From the human T2T-CHM13v2.0 reference genome, Homo sapiens: 64,000 bases of DNA. Positions within the stretch are counted from its first letter, which is position 1, and each line of letters begins with the position of its first letter. The notes under the pieces were generated by a model. It saw nothing but the letters and a program-made list of their open reading frames with translations, was not told where the DNA came from and did no database searches. Positions 31,701 through 45,016 of this stretch are shown here, piece after piece. The stretch is taken from NCBI RefSeq assembly GCF_009914755.1, contig NC_060946.1; one strand, written 5' to 3'. The position numbers and the translations under genes were made by a program.

Positions 31701-34700
31701 CATGTCTAGCGTGACCCTCCTTCCTGGCAGTGACACTGTTGATGTGAACCCCAATTTCACATCTGTCATTTGTAAATAGGACCATTTTCCCTTTTCGCTC
31801 TCCCTTCCATTCACAGGGCTTTTCATTCTCTCTGTTACTGCCTCCGTTTCAGATATTTACTCACCTTTTTCTCTCTCACTATGTCTGCCGTGGTCTCCAT
31901 GAGAGTGCGCCACATAAGATTCCCCCATTAAAAGTCATGAATTGAGTGGCTTTTAGTATACCTGTGGTTGTGCACATTCAAATTTAATTCGCAATTCATT
32001 GTAGAACGTCTTATCACTCCCGGCCAGAGAAAAACCCTGTAGACATTAGTCACTCCTCATTCTGTCTCAAACCCTCTCCCTGACCCTCAGCCCTAGGTAG
32101 CAACTACCTAGTGCGATCAATCCCATATGCATAGATTATCATATTGTGGACATTTCCTATAAGCGGAATTACACAATAGGTGAGCTGTTATGACTGACAT
32201 AACACGTAGCACAATATTTTCAAGATTCGTCCACATTGTAGGCTTACCCACAGGGGGAAACCATTTTATTGGGGGCTTTTAGTAACACCGGTGTTTTCTC
32301 CTTCCTTACATCCTTCTTTCCATCCTTCCTTCCTTCCTTCCTTCCTGACTTCCTTCTTTCCTTCCCTCCTTCCTCCTATTTCTCTCTTACTCCTTCTGCC
32401 CTCTCTCTTTCCTATGCCTTAGGTGCATCCCACATTCTGCGTTTTTTTGGGGGAAATCCTCGACAGGTGCAGGAAAATTGTGTTATTGTAACTATTTACC
32501 GTTATCTCTCTTTCACGGCTCTCCATCAGTTGTGAACATCTATTGGTTTATCCCAAGTCACTAAGCATATTTTCATTAGGTAAACCTGTTTTTCCTTATA
32601 CAGCTGTTTCTGGAGTATAGGGTCGCATACTCATAAACCCAGTGTAACTCAGAAACGCATCTAATATTCCAGTAAACCCATCATAACGTTGAAAAATCGT
32701 AAATCAAACCATCATAAGTCACGGTTTGTCCGTGGATATGGGCGTCATCAATTCCATTGTATTCAGTAATGCTGTACACCATTAACAATGGCAGACTGAT
32801 TGGGAGTGGATATTGATAGCATTATAAAAGTCAGTTATTAGAGGGATACTTCTTTAACCTGACTGAAGAACTGATCTAATGGCTTTAGTACAGTGCATGA
32901 TTATGTGCGATGTTTTGAGACAGAGTAGTACATTTGTGAATGAAATTTTATGGCTTTTTTTTCACTTAGTAGGAACCATTGTGTGTGGAAAAGTGAGAAA
33001 ATGGCTTTATGCTGTAGGGTCTGGCATTCATTGTAGATGTAAGCTTATTTTTCTGTGAGCAAATCTTATTCAATAAAATACTACTCTTTATACTAAAAAA
33101 CAAAAACAGTGGTGATGTGTGGTCATTACCCTCAGCAAACTTATCCAGGGAAAAGAAAACCAAACGCCACAACTCACTTATAATGGGAGCTGAAAAATGA
33201 GATCCCATGGACACAGGAAGGGGAACAACACACACTGGGGCCTTCCGGGAGACAGAGCGTTAAGAAAAACAGCTACTGCATGCTGGGCCTAATACCTAGG
33301 TGATGGGTTGACAGGTGCAGCAAACCACCATGGCACACGTTAACCTTAGTAACAAATCTGCACATCCTGCACATATACCCCAGAACTTAGGAACGAAACG
33401 AAACAAAAGACAACGAAAAAGCAACAGCAAAACGCTAAAGGCAAAATAGAGTTTCAAACTGAGAAAGTGACAGACCAACGTCTGGTTCAAATCATGGTTC
33501 TCAACCCAGGTGCCATAAGGTCGGGATAAAGGATGTGGTTACATATTTTCAATAAGACATGCAGCAAATGACCAGAATGATTATTCTCAACATATGTGTG
33601 TCTTCTAATTCAATGGTGACGCTATCTACCGGGACATAGCATTAGATTCCAAAGGGCCGAGTCCCGCCAGACAGGCCTCCCACACTAATAACAATGGGAA
33701 GCCCTACGTTGCTTTACCTGTGCTTCTCAGCCACTGGCTATAAATCAGGTTGCCACCACTCCCAGATTTAGTTGCATTCATTTGCTGGAAGAGCTCACAG
33801 CACGCAGGGAAACACTTACATTTGCCGTTGTATTTTAGCGGACATTGCACAAAGTTCAGAAAAAAATGTGGGGCCCGGCATGTGGGGAGGGGCGCACTAC
33901 CTTCCAGGAAGTGCTATCCAGAAGCTCTCTGAACCCAGTCCTTTTGGGTTTTGATGGAGACCTCATTCTATAGGCATGATGGGTTAAACCATAGGCTATT
34001 GGTGATCAACTCCACCTGGGGCTCTCCACCCTCCCTGGAAATTGGGGTTGAGGCTTTGCCATCCTCAGTCTGACTAAAAGAATTTACCCAAACGGAATTT
34101 TAAAACAGATGAGCATAACTGGAATCTTAATTAGATGATTGGATTATCTGGAGCCACACCTTGATATTCCTAACCCGAGCACCCTCATCCAACGAATGCT
34201 CCACCCAACTGGCTCCCAAGTCTCTACGTGGTTCCAGAGCAAAAGGATGTTGATACAACGCATATCTCCACCTTTTCTTCAAAGTCTTTTCGCTTACACG
34301 GAAAGACTTCTTCAACTGCCATGCATCAGGGTCAGGGGATTGTCTTGTTATAACACAGATCTGCGGATCTCCGGCGTTTGACTGTGGCAAGGATGCTGCT
34401 GGTGTCAAAACCACAACGTGGGAACCACAGAACCACTAGTGGGTTTTCAGTGTTTCAGTGCATACAATTCCTAATATATCTGGCCAAGAAAACTTGTAAG
34501 TTCTTAGATTGTCCCAAAGGTGGCGCATGAAATCAAAGCAGGAGAACAGTTTCCTACGAGGTGTAGCCTGGGAAAGTTGGGGGTGACTGATGGAAAGGAG
34601 GAGTGAAGCTCCGCCCTTTCCGCTGCTAGGCTGCGCCCGAGGCTATTTAAACCCACCCTGGCTGGCCTGTACTCAGATCTTCGCGGAGCGGATCAGCGGC

Positions 34701-34800
34701 CGGAGCGTTTGGCGGACTCTGCGTGGACTTGGAGCTCACAGCGTCTTGCGACTTGGAAGCGGATTCAGAGGACAGGACAGAACACTTGGGCAAGTGAATC

Positions 34801-34831
<31 letters not shown>

Positions 34832-35006
34832 CATTGGTTGGTTGATTTCCATTTTCTTAAGGGGCACATACCTCACACCGCACACACACAAACACACACA
34901 CGCACACACACACGCACACGCACACGCACACACACGCACACACACTCCTTCCTTCTGCGAGTTAGAACATTAGTAGGGGCCCCTGGGAGCTGCAGGTTTC
35001 CTAATC

Positions 35007-37981
35007 ATGTCTGCACCTAAGAACGGTAGGGTCTTGTCTGGCTCTTCTTATGAACGGTCCCCCAGCCCGGACTCCCCAAGGTCCATGCGAACCTCACCCA
35101 GCTTCCCCCTCTCCCCTCTCAGAAACTCAGGCTTAAGGGGAAGCTCCTCACCAGGGATCCGGAGCTACCATTCACCATCCCCTAGGGCTTCACCACACTC
35201 ACCTCTGTCATCACCAGAATCCCACAAGCTCCCATTTCCCTGTCCTCACCGTGATGGGCAATCAATGAAGCCATTGGGCTCTCCCGTGTCCTCCTCTGAG
35301 GATTCCTCAGAGTCCCCACGTTCATCAATAATATACCACATGTTCTTACTGCCATCACCCAGCAGCTCACCCCAGGCTCTCGGGGGGTCTCCCGTGTCTC
35401 CCAGCTACTCTCCAAACAACCCCAGATTTCAGCTGCAGTCAGCCCCCCACACCCAGGAATCACCTACAAACTCACGAGCCTCACTTTGCTCCACCCCTGC
35501 GTCTTTCATCTCTTCACCCCAAGGCCTCAGGGACTCTCCTGTGGCTCCCACTCTCCAGCCATCCCCAGGTTCCTGCGGGAGTCAGCCCCATGCGCCCAGG
35601 AGTCCCCCAGAGACTCACAGGTCTCGGGAGATTATGAGCGGTCCCCCAGCCCTGACTCCTCAAGATTCATGCCTGCCTCACCCAGCTTCTCCCTCTCCCC
35701 TCCCAGAAACTCAGACCCAAGGGGCAGCTCCTCACCAGGGATGTGGAAGTCCTCTACATCATCCCGCAGGGCTTCACCACTCTCACATCCGTCATCAACA
35801 GAATTCCACAACTTTACGTTTCCCATTCCTAACCAAGCAGGACAGTCACTCATGTCATTGTGTTCTCCCGTGACCTCCTCTGGAGATTCTTCACAGTCAC
35901 CTCATTCATCAATAATATACCATATGTTCTTACTGCCATCATCCAGCAGCTCACCCCCAGCCACCCATGACTCTCCTGTCTGTCCCAGCTACTCTCCAAC
36001 TACGCCCAGATTTCAGCGGGAGTCTGTACCCCACACCCCAGAAACACCTACAAACTCACAGACCTCAGTGAGATCCTCGCCAGTCTCTCTCACGTCTTCA
36101 CCCCCAGCCCTTACGGACCCTCCAGTCTGTTCCAGCTACTCTCCAACCACGCCCACATTTCAGCGCGGGTCAGTTCCAGGAACCCAGGGATCACCACCAA
36201 GCCCACCGCTTTCACTGAGTTACTCCCCAGTCTCTAGCACGTCTTTATCTCCAACCCTCAGGGACTCGCCTGTCTGTCCCAGCTACTCTCCAAACACGCC
36301 CACACTTCAGCGGGAGTCCGTTGCAGGCACCCAGAAGTCACCACCAAACTCACCAATTTCACTGCGTTATTCCCCAGTCTCTCTCATGTCTTCACCATCC
36401 CTCAGGGACTCTCCCGTCTGTCCCAGCTACTCTCCAACCACGCCCACATTTCAGCTGGAGTCAGTTCCAGGCACCCCGGAATCACCACCAAACTCACCAA
36501 TTTCACTCAGTTACTCCCCAGTCTCTAGCACGTCTCTATCTCCAACCCTCAGGGACTCTCCTGTGTGTCCCAGCTACTCTCCAACCACGCCCACACTTCA
36601 GCGGGAGTCAGTTCCAGGCACCCAGGAATCACCACCAAACTCACCAATTTCACTCAATTACTCTCCAGTCTCTCTCGTGTCTTCACCAGCCCTCAGGGAC
36701 TCTCCTGTCTGTCCCAGCTACTCTCCAACCACCCCCACATTTCAGCTGGAGTCAGTTCCAGGCACCCCGGAGTCACCACCAAACTCAACAGTTTCACTCA
36801 GTTACTCCTCGGTCTCTCTCATGTCTTCACCCCCAGCCCTCAGGGACTCTCCTGTGCGTCCCAGCTACTCTCCAACCATGCCCAGATTCCAGCGGGAGTC
36901 AGTTCCAGGCACCCATGTATCACCACCAAACTCAGCAGTTTCACTGAGTTACTCCCCAGTCTCTCTCATGTCTTCACCCCCAGACCCCTGGGACTCTCCT
37001 GTCTGTCCCAGCTACTCTCCCACCACGCCCAGATTTCAGCGGCAGTCAGCCTCCCACACTCCGGAATCAGATACAGACTCACAGACTTCACTGAACTCTT
37101 CCCTGGTCTCTCTCAGGTCTTTGCCCTCATCCCACAGGGACTCTTGTGTCTCTTTCAGCTACTCTCAAAACTTCTCTAGATTCCAGCTGGAGTCAGTTCC
37201 AGGCACCCACGATACACCACCGAACTCACGAATTTCACTGACTTACGCCCCAGTCTCCCTCATGTTCTCACCCCCAGCCCTCAGGGACTCTTCTGGCTCT
37301 CTCAGCTACTCTCCAACCATCTCCAGATTTCACCTGGAGTCAGCTTCCCACACCCTGGAATCACCTGCAAACTCACGGACCTTACTGCAACCATCCCCCA
37401 TTTCTTTCACCTCTTCACCCCCTGCCTTCAGGGACTCTCCTGGGTCTCCCAGCTTCTCTCCAGCCTTCCCCAGATTTCTGCCACAGTCAGCCCCAGGCAC
37501 CCAGGACAACCCTAGACACTCACAGGCCTCACCAGACTATCTCCCTATGACCTGTACCTATACAGGGATGGCTCCCACGCATCCCTCAGTGACCCCAAAC
37601 CCATCTCCACTTACACTCAGGCACTCCCAGGGCCTGACAGCTACTCCCCGTTATTGTCCTTCAGTTCGAAGCCCTGGCCAATCTACTAGCCCACATGACG
37701 CAGTTACCTGGCCATTTCTCCACGGTTCCCGGGAGGGCCCCACACCCAGCCGCACAAGAGCCCCTCCTGCATTCCGTCCTCACACGCAGGCCTGTCCATC
37801 TACTTGCTACTGTCACACTCTTGCCAGCAGAAGAGGCCCCTGTAATGGCCGATATCACCACCCAGGCTATCCTCACCCCACAGCTGTGCAGCGGGACCCC
37901 CCTGCTGGCCCACGTGGCTGCCACAGCCCATGCTGGCACGACGCTCCAGCAGGTCGGTGTCCCTGCGGACCAAACTACTGA
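35007..37981 (+). pseudogene. Copy 6: frameshifted copy (4-bp deletion), split into ORFs 35007-35873 and 35486-37981
   Basis: Reads GGCTCCCA|CTCTCCAG at 35550/35551, against GGCTCCCAGTTACTCTCCAG in all other copies. Span is 2975 nt versus 2979 nt in copy 1. Confidence 0.7.
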
Positions 37982-40900
37982 TGACATGTCTAGCGTGACC
38001 CTCCTTCCTGGCAGTGACACTGTTGATGTGAACCCCAATTTCACATCTGTCATTTGTAAATAGGACCATTTTCCCTTTTCGCTCTCCCTTCCATTCACAG
38101 GGCTTTTCATTCTCTCTGTTACTGCCTCCGTTTCAGATATTTACTCACCTTTTTCTCTCTCACTATGTCTGCCGTGGTCTCCATGAGAGTGCGCCACATA
38201 AGATTCCCCCATTAAAAGTCATGAATTGAGTGGCTTTTAGTATACCTGTGGTTGTGCACATTCAAATTTAATTCGCAATTCATTGTAGAACGTCTTATCA
38301 CTCCCGACCAGAGAAAAACCCTGTAGACATTAGTCACTCCTCATTCTGTCTCAAACCCTCTCCCTGACCCGCAGCCCTAGGTAGCAACTACCTAGTGCGA
38401 TCAATCCCATATGCATAGATTACCATATTGTGGACATTTCCTATAAGCGGAATTGCACAATAGGGGAGCTGTTATGACTGACATAACACGTAGCACAATA
38501 TTTTCAAGATTCGTACACATTGTAGGCTTACCCACAGGGGGAAACCATTTTTTTGGGGGCTTTTAGTAACACCGGTGTTTTCTCCTTCCTTACGTCGTTC
38601 TTTCCTTCCTTCCTTCCTTCCTTCCTTCCTTCCTTCCTTCCTGACTTCCTTCTTTCCTTCCCTCCTTCCTCCTATTTCTCTCTTACTCCTTCTGCCCTCT
38701 CTCTTTCCTATGCCTTAGGTGCATCCCACATTCTGCATTTTTTGGGGAAATCCTCGACAGGTGCAGGAAAATTGTGTTATTGTAACTATTTACCGTTATC
38801 TCTCTTTCACGGCTCTCCATCAGTTGTGAACATCTATTGGTTTATCCCAAGTCACTAAGCATATTTTCATTAGGTAAACCTGTTTTTCCTTATACAGCTG
38901 TTTCTGGAGTATAGGGTCGCATACTCATAAACCCAGTGTAACTCAGAAACGCATCTAATATTCCAGTAAACCCATCATAACGTTGAAAAATCGTAAATCA
39001 AACCATCATAAGTCACGGTTTGTCCGTGGATATGGGCGTCATCAATTCCATTGTATTCAGTAATGCTGTACACCATTAACAATGGCAGACTGATTGGGAG
39101 TGGATATTGATAGCATTATAAAAGTCAGTTATTAGAGGGATACTTCTTTAACCTGACTGAAGAACTGATCTAATGGCTTTAGTACAGTGCATGATTATGT
39201 GCGATGTTTTGAGACAGAGTAGTACATTTGTGAATGAAATTTTATGGCTTTTTTTTCACTTAGTAGGAACCATTGTGTGTGGAAAAGTGAGAAAATGGCT
39301 TTCTGCTGTAGGGTCTGGCATTCATTGTAGATGTAAGCTTATTTTTCTGTGAGCAAATCTTATTCAATAAAATACTACTCTTTATACTAAAAAACAAAAA
39401 CAGTGGTGATGTGTGGTCATTATCCTCAACAAACTTATCCAGGGAAAGAAAACCAAACGCCACAACTCACTTATAATGGGAGCTGAAAAATGAGATCCCA
39501 TGGACACAGGAAGGGGAACAACACACACTGGGGCCTTCCGGGAGACAGAGCGTTAAGAAAAACAGCTACTGCATGCTGGGCTTAATACCTAGGTGATGGG
39601 TTGACAGGTGCAGCAAACCACCATGGCACACGTTTACCTTAGTAACAAATCTGCACATCCTGCACATATACCCCAGAACTTAGGAACGAAATGAAACAAA
39701 AGACAACGAAAAAGCAACAGCAAAACGCTAAAGGCAAAATAAAGTTTCAAACTGAGAAAGTGACAGACCAACGTCTGGTTCAAATCATGGTTCTCAACCC
39801 AGGTGCCATAAGGTCGGGATAAAGGATGTGATTACATATTGTCAATAAGACATGCAGCAAATGACCAGAATGATTATTCTCAACATATATGTGTCTTCTA
39901 ATTCAATGGTGACGCTATCTACCGGGACATAGCATTAGATTCCAAAGGGCCGAGTCCCGCCAGACAGGACTCCCACACTAATAACAATGGGAAGCCCTAC
40001 GTTGCTTTACCTGTGCTTCTCAGCCACTGGCTATAAATCAGGTTGCCACCACTCCCAGATTTAGTTGCATTCATTTGCTGGAAGAGCTCACAGCACGCAG
40101 GGAAACACTTACATTTGCCGTTGTATTTTAGCGGACATTGCACAAAGTTCAGAAAAAAATGTGGGGCCCGGCATGTGGGGAGGGGCGCACTACCTTCCAG
40201 GAAGTGCTATCCGGAAGCTCTCTGAACCCAGTCCTTTTGGGTTTTGATGGAGACCTCATTCTATAGGCATGATGGGTTAAACCATAGGCTATTGGTGATC
40301 AACTCCACCTGGGGCTCTCCACCCTCCCTGGAAATTGGGGTTGAGGCTTTGCCATCCTCAGTCTGACTAAAAGAATTTACCCAAACGGAATTTTAAAACA
40401 GATGAGCATAACTGGAATCTTAATTAGATGATTGGATTATCTGGAGCCACACCTTGATATTCCTAACCCGAGCACCCTCATCCAACGAATGCTCCACCCA
40501 ACTGGCTCCCAAGTCTCTACGTGGTTCCAGAGCAAAAGGATGTTGATACAACGCATATCTCCACCTTTTCTTCAAAGTCTTTTCGCTTACACGGAAAGAC
40601 TTCTTCAACTGCCATGCATCAGGGTCAGGGGGAGGTCTTGTTACAACCCAGATCTGCGGATCTCCGGCGTTTGACTGTGGCAAGGATGCTGCTGGTGTCA
40701 AAACCACAACGTGGGAACCACAGAACCACTAGTGGGTTTTCAGTGTTTCAGTGCATACAATTCCTAATATATCTGGCCAAGAAAACTTGTAAGTTCTTAG
40801 ATTGTCCCAAAGGTGGCGCATGAAATCAAAGCAGGAGAACAGTTTCCTACGAGGTGTAGCCTGGGAAAGTTGGGGGTGACTGATGGAAAGGAGGAGTGAA

Positions 40901-41093
40901 GCTCCGCCCTTTCCGCTGCTAGGCTGCGCCCGAGGCTATTTAAACCCACCCTGGCTGGCCTGTACTCAGATCTTCGCGGAGCGGATCAGCGGCCGGAGCG
41001 TTTGGCGGACTCTGCGTGGACTTGGAGCTCACAGCGTCTTGCGACTTGGAAGCGGATTCAGAGGACAGGACAGAACACTTGGGCAAGTGAATC

Positions 41094-41124
<31 letters not shown>

Positions 41125-41299
41125 CATTGGTTGGTTGATTTCCATTTTCTTAAGGGGCACATACCTCACACCGCACACACACAAACACACACACGCACAC
41201 ACACACGCACACGCACACGCACACACACGCACACACACTCCTTCCTTCTGCGAGTTAGAACATTAGTAGGGGCCCCTGGGAGCTGCAGGTTTCCTAATC

Positions 41300-44200
41300 A
41301 TGTCTGCACCTAAGAACGGTAGGGTCTTGTCTGGCTCTTCTTATGAACGGTCCCCCAGCCCGGACTCCCCAAGGTCCATGCGAACCTCACCCAGCTTCCC
41401 CCTCTCCCCTCTCAGAAACTCAGGCTTAAGGGGAAGCTCCTCACCAGGGATCCGGAGCTACCATTCACCATCCCCTAGGGCTTCACCACACTCACCTCTG
41501 TCATCACCAGAATCCCACAAGCTCCCATTTCCCTGTCCTCACCGTGATGGGCAATCAATGAAGCCATTGGGCTCTCCCGTGTCCTCCTCTGAGGATTCCT
41601 CAGAGTCCCCACGTTCATCAATAATATACCACATGTTCTTACTGCCATCACCCAGCAGCTCACCCCAGGCTCTCGGGGGGTCTCCCGTGTCTCCCAGCTA
41701 CTCTCCAAACAACCCCAGATTTCAGCTGCAGTCAGCCCCCCACACCCAGGAATCACCTACAAACTCACGAGCCTCACTTTGCTCCACCCCCGTGTCTTTC
41801 ATCTCTTCACCCCCAGGCCTCAGGGACTCTCCTGTGGCTCCCAGTTACTCTCCAGCCATCCCCAGGTTCCTGCGGGAGTCAGCCCCATGCGCCCAGGAGT
41901 CCCCCAGAGACTCACAGGTCTCGGGAGATTATGAGCGGTCCCCCAGCCCTGACTCCTCAAGATTCATGTCTGTCTCACCCAGCTTCTCCCTCTCCCCTCC
42001 CAGAAACTCAGACCCAAGGGGCAGCTCCTCACCAGGGATGTGGAAGTCCTCTACATCATCCCGCAGGGCTTCACCACTCTCACATCCATCATCAACAGAA
42101 TTCCACAACTTTACGTTTCCCTTTTCTAACCAAGCAGGACAGTCACTCATGTCATTGTGTTCTCCCGTGACCTCCTCTGGAGATTCTTCACAGTCACCTC
42201 CTTCATCAATAATATACCACATGTTCTTACTGCCATCACCCAGCAGCTCACCCCAGGCTCTCGGGGGGTCTCCCGTGTCTCCCAGCTACTCTCCAAACAA
42301 CCCCAGATTTCAGCTGCAGTCAGCCCCCCACACCCAGGAATCACCTACAAACTCACGAGCCTCACTTTGCTCCACCCCTGCGTCTTTCATCTCTTCACCC
42401 CAAGGCCTCAGGGACTCTCCTGTGGCTCCCAGTTACTCTCCAGCCATCCCCAGGTTCCTGCGGGAGTCAGCCCCATGCGCCCAGGAGTCCCCCAGAGACT
42501 CACAGGTCTCGGGAGATTATGAGCGGTCCCCCAGCCCTGACTCCTCAAGATTCATGCCTGCCTCACCCAGCTTCTCCCTCTCCCCTCCCAGAAACTCAGA
42601 CCCAAGGGGCAGCTCCTCACCAGGGATGTGGAAGTCCTCTACATCATCCCGCAGGGCTTCACCACTCTCACATCCGTCATCAACAGAATTCCACAACTTT
42701 ACGTTTCCCATTCCTAACCAAGCAGGACAGTCACTCATGTCATTGTGTTCTCCCGTGACCTCCTCTGGAGATTCTTCACAGTCACCTCATTCATCAATAA
42801 TATACCATATGTTCTTACTGCCATCATCCAGCAGCTCACCCCCAGCCACCCATGACTCTCCTGTCTGTCCCAGCTACTCTCCAACTACGCCCAGATTTCA
42901 GCGGGAGTCTGTACCCCACACCCCAGAAACACCTACAAACTCACAGACCTCAGTGAGATCCTCGCCAGTCTCTCTCACGTCTTCACCCCCAGCCCTTACG
43001 GACCCTCCAGTCTGTCCCAGCTACTCTCCAACCACGCCCACATTTCAGCGCGGGTCAGTTCCAGGAACCCAGGGATCACCACCAAGCCCACCGCTTTCAC
43101 TGAGTTACTCCCCAGTCTCTAGCACGTCTTTATCTCCAACCCTCAGGGACTCGCCTGTCTGTCCCAGCTACTCTCCAAACACGCCCACACTTCAGCGGGA
43201 GTCCGTTGCAGGCACCCAGAAGTCACCACCAAACTCACCAATTTCACTGCGTTACTCCCCAGTCTCTCTCATGTCTTCACCATCCCTCAGGGACTCTCCC
43301 GTCTGTCCCAGCTACTCTCCAACCACGCCCACATTTCAGCTGGAGTCAGTTCCAGGCACCCCGGAATCACCACCAAACTCACCAATTTCACTCAGTTACT
43401 CCTCAGTCTCTAGCACGTCTCTATCTCCAACCCTCAGGGACTCTCCTGTGTGTCCCAGCTACTCTCCAACCACGCCCACACTTCAGCGGGAGTCAGTTCC
43501 AGGCACCCAGGAATCACCACCAAACTCACCAATTTCACTCAGTTACTCCTCAGTCTCTAGCACGTCTTTATCTCCAACCCTCAGGGACTCTCCTGTGTGT
43601 CCCAGCTACTCTCCAACCACGCCCACACTTCAGCGGGAGTCAGTTCCAGGCACCCAGGAATCACCACCAAACTCACCAATTTCACTCAATTACTCTCCAG
43701 TCTCTCTCGTGTCTTCACCAGCCCTCAGGGACTCTCCTGTCTGTCCCAGCTACTCTCCAACCACGCCCACATTTCAGCTGGAGTCAGTTCCAGGCACCCC
43801 GGAGTCACCACCAAACTCACCAGTTTCACTCAGTTACTCCCCGGTCTCTCTCATGTCTTCACCCCCAGCCCTCAGGGACTCTCCTGTGCGTCCCAGCTAC
43901 TCTCCAACCATGCCCAGATTTCAGCGGGAGTCAGTTCCAGGCACCCATGTGTCATCACCAAACTCAGCAGTTTCACTGAGTTACTCCCCAGTCTCTCTCA
44001 TGTCTTCACCCCCAGACCCCTGGGACTCTCCTGTCTGTCCCAGCTACTCTCCCACCACGCCCAGATTTCAGCGGGAGTCAGCCTCCCACACTCCGGAATC
44101 AGATACAGACTCACAGACTTCACTGAGCTCCTCCCTGGTCTCTCTCAGGTCTTTGCCCTCATCCCACAGGGACTCTTGTGTCTCTTTCAGCTACTCTCAA

Positions 44201-45016
44201 AACTTCTCTAGATTCCAGCTGGAGTCAGTTCCAGGCACCCACGATACACCACCGAACTCACGAATTTCACTGACTTACTCCCCTGTCTCCCTCATGTTCT
44301 CACCCCCAGCCCTCAGGGACTCTTCTGTCTCTCTCAGCTACTCTCCAACCATCTCCAGATTTCACCTGGAGTCAGCTTCCCACACCCTGGAATCACCTGC
44401 AAACTCACGGACCTTACTGCAACCATCCCCCATTTCTTTCACCTCTTCACCCCCTGCCTTCAGGGACTCTCCTGGGTCTCCCAGCTTCTCTCCAGCCTTC
44501 CCCAGATTTCTGCCACAGTCAGCCCCAGGCACCCAGGACAACCCTAGACACTCACAGGCCTCACCAGACTATCTCCCTATGACCTGTACCTATACAGGGA
44601 TGGCTCCCACGCATCCCTCAGTGACCCCAAACTCATCTCAACTTACACTCAGGCACTCCCAGGGCCTGACAGCTACACCCCGTTATTGTCCTTCAGTTCG
44701 AAGCCCTGGCCAATCTACTAGCCCACATGACGCAGTTACCTGGCCATTTCTCCACGGTTCCCGGGAGGGCCCCACACCCAGCCGCACAAGAGCCCCTCCT
44801 GCATTCCGTCCTCACACGCAGGCCTGTCCATCTACTTGCTACTGTCACACTCTTGCCAGCAGAAGAGGCCCCTGTAATGGCCGATATCACCACCCAGTCT
44901 ATCCTCACCCCACAGCTGTGCAGCGGGAACCCCCTGCTGGCCCACGTGGCTGCCACAGCCCATGCTGGCACGACGCTCCAGCAGGTCGGCGTCCCTGCGG
45001 GCCAAACTACCGGTGA
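41300..45016 (+). CDS. Copy 7: CTD-like repeat protein, 1238 aa, with an in-frame 588-bp duplication
   Basis: Intact ORF; SSIIYHMFLLPS occurs three times (near 41614, 42202, 42790) instead of twice. Confidence 0.62.
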   Translation: MSAPKNGRVLSGSSYERSPSPDSPRSMRTSPSFPLSPLRNSGLRGSSSPGIRSYHSPSPRASPHSPLSSPESHKLPFPCPHRDGQSMKPLGSPVSSSEDSSESPRSSIIYHMFLLPSPSSSPQALGGSPVSPSYSPNNPRFQLQSAPHTQESPTNSRASLCSTPVSFISSPPGLRDSPVAPSYSPAIPRFLRESAPCAQESPRDSQVSGDYERSPSPDSSRFMSVSPSFSLSPPRNSDPRGSSSPGMWKSSTSSRRASPLSHPSSTEFHNFTFPFSNQAGQSLMSLCSPVTSSGDSSQSPPSSIIYHMFLLPSPSSSPQALGGSPVSPSYSPNNPRFQLQSAPHTQESPTNSRASLCSTPASFISSPQGLRDSPVAPSYSPAIPRFLRESAPCAQESPRDSQVSGDYERSPSPDSSRFMPASPSFSLSPPRNSDPRGSSSPGMWKSSTSSRRASPLSHPSSTEFHNFTFPIPNQAGQSLMSLCSPVTSSGDSSQSPHSSIIYHMFLLPSSSSSPPATHDSPVCPSYSPTTPRFQRESVPHTPETPTNSQTSVRSSPVSLTSSPPALTDPPVCPSYSPTTPTFQRGSVPGTQGSPPSPPLSLSYSPVSSTSLSPTLRDSPVCPSYSPNTPTLQRESVAGTQKSPPNSPISLRYSPVSLMSSPSLRDSPVCPSYSPTTPTFQLESVPGTPESPPNSPISLSYSSVSSTSLSPTLRDSPVCPSYSPTTPTLQRESVPGTQESPPNSPISLSYSSVSSTSLSPTLRDSPVCPSYSPTTPTLQRESVPGTQESPPNSPISLNYSPVSLVSSPALRDSPVCPSYSPTTPTFQLESVPGTPESPPNSPVSLSYSPVSLMSSPPALRDSPVRPSYSPTMPRFQRESVPGTHVSSPNSAVSLSYSPVSLMSSPPDPWDSPVCPSYSPTTPRFQRESASHTPESDTDSQTSLSSSLVSLRSLPSSHRDSCVSFSYSQNFSRFQLESVPGTHDTPPNSRISLTYSPVSLMFSPPALRDSSVSLSYSPTISRFHLESASHTLESPANSRTLLQPSPISFTSSPPAFRDSPGSPSFSPAFPRFLPQSAPGTQDNPRHSQASPDYLPMTCTYTGMAPTHPSVTPNSSQLTLRHSQGLTATPRYCPSVRSPGQSTSPHDAVTWPFLHGSREGPTPSRTRAPPAFRPHTQACPSTCYCHTLASRRGPCNGRYHHPVYPHPTAVQREPPAGPRGCHSPCWHDAPAGRRPCGPNYR

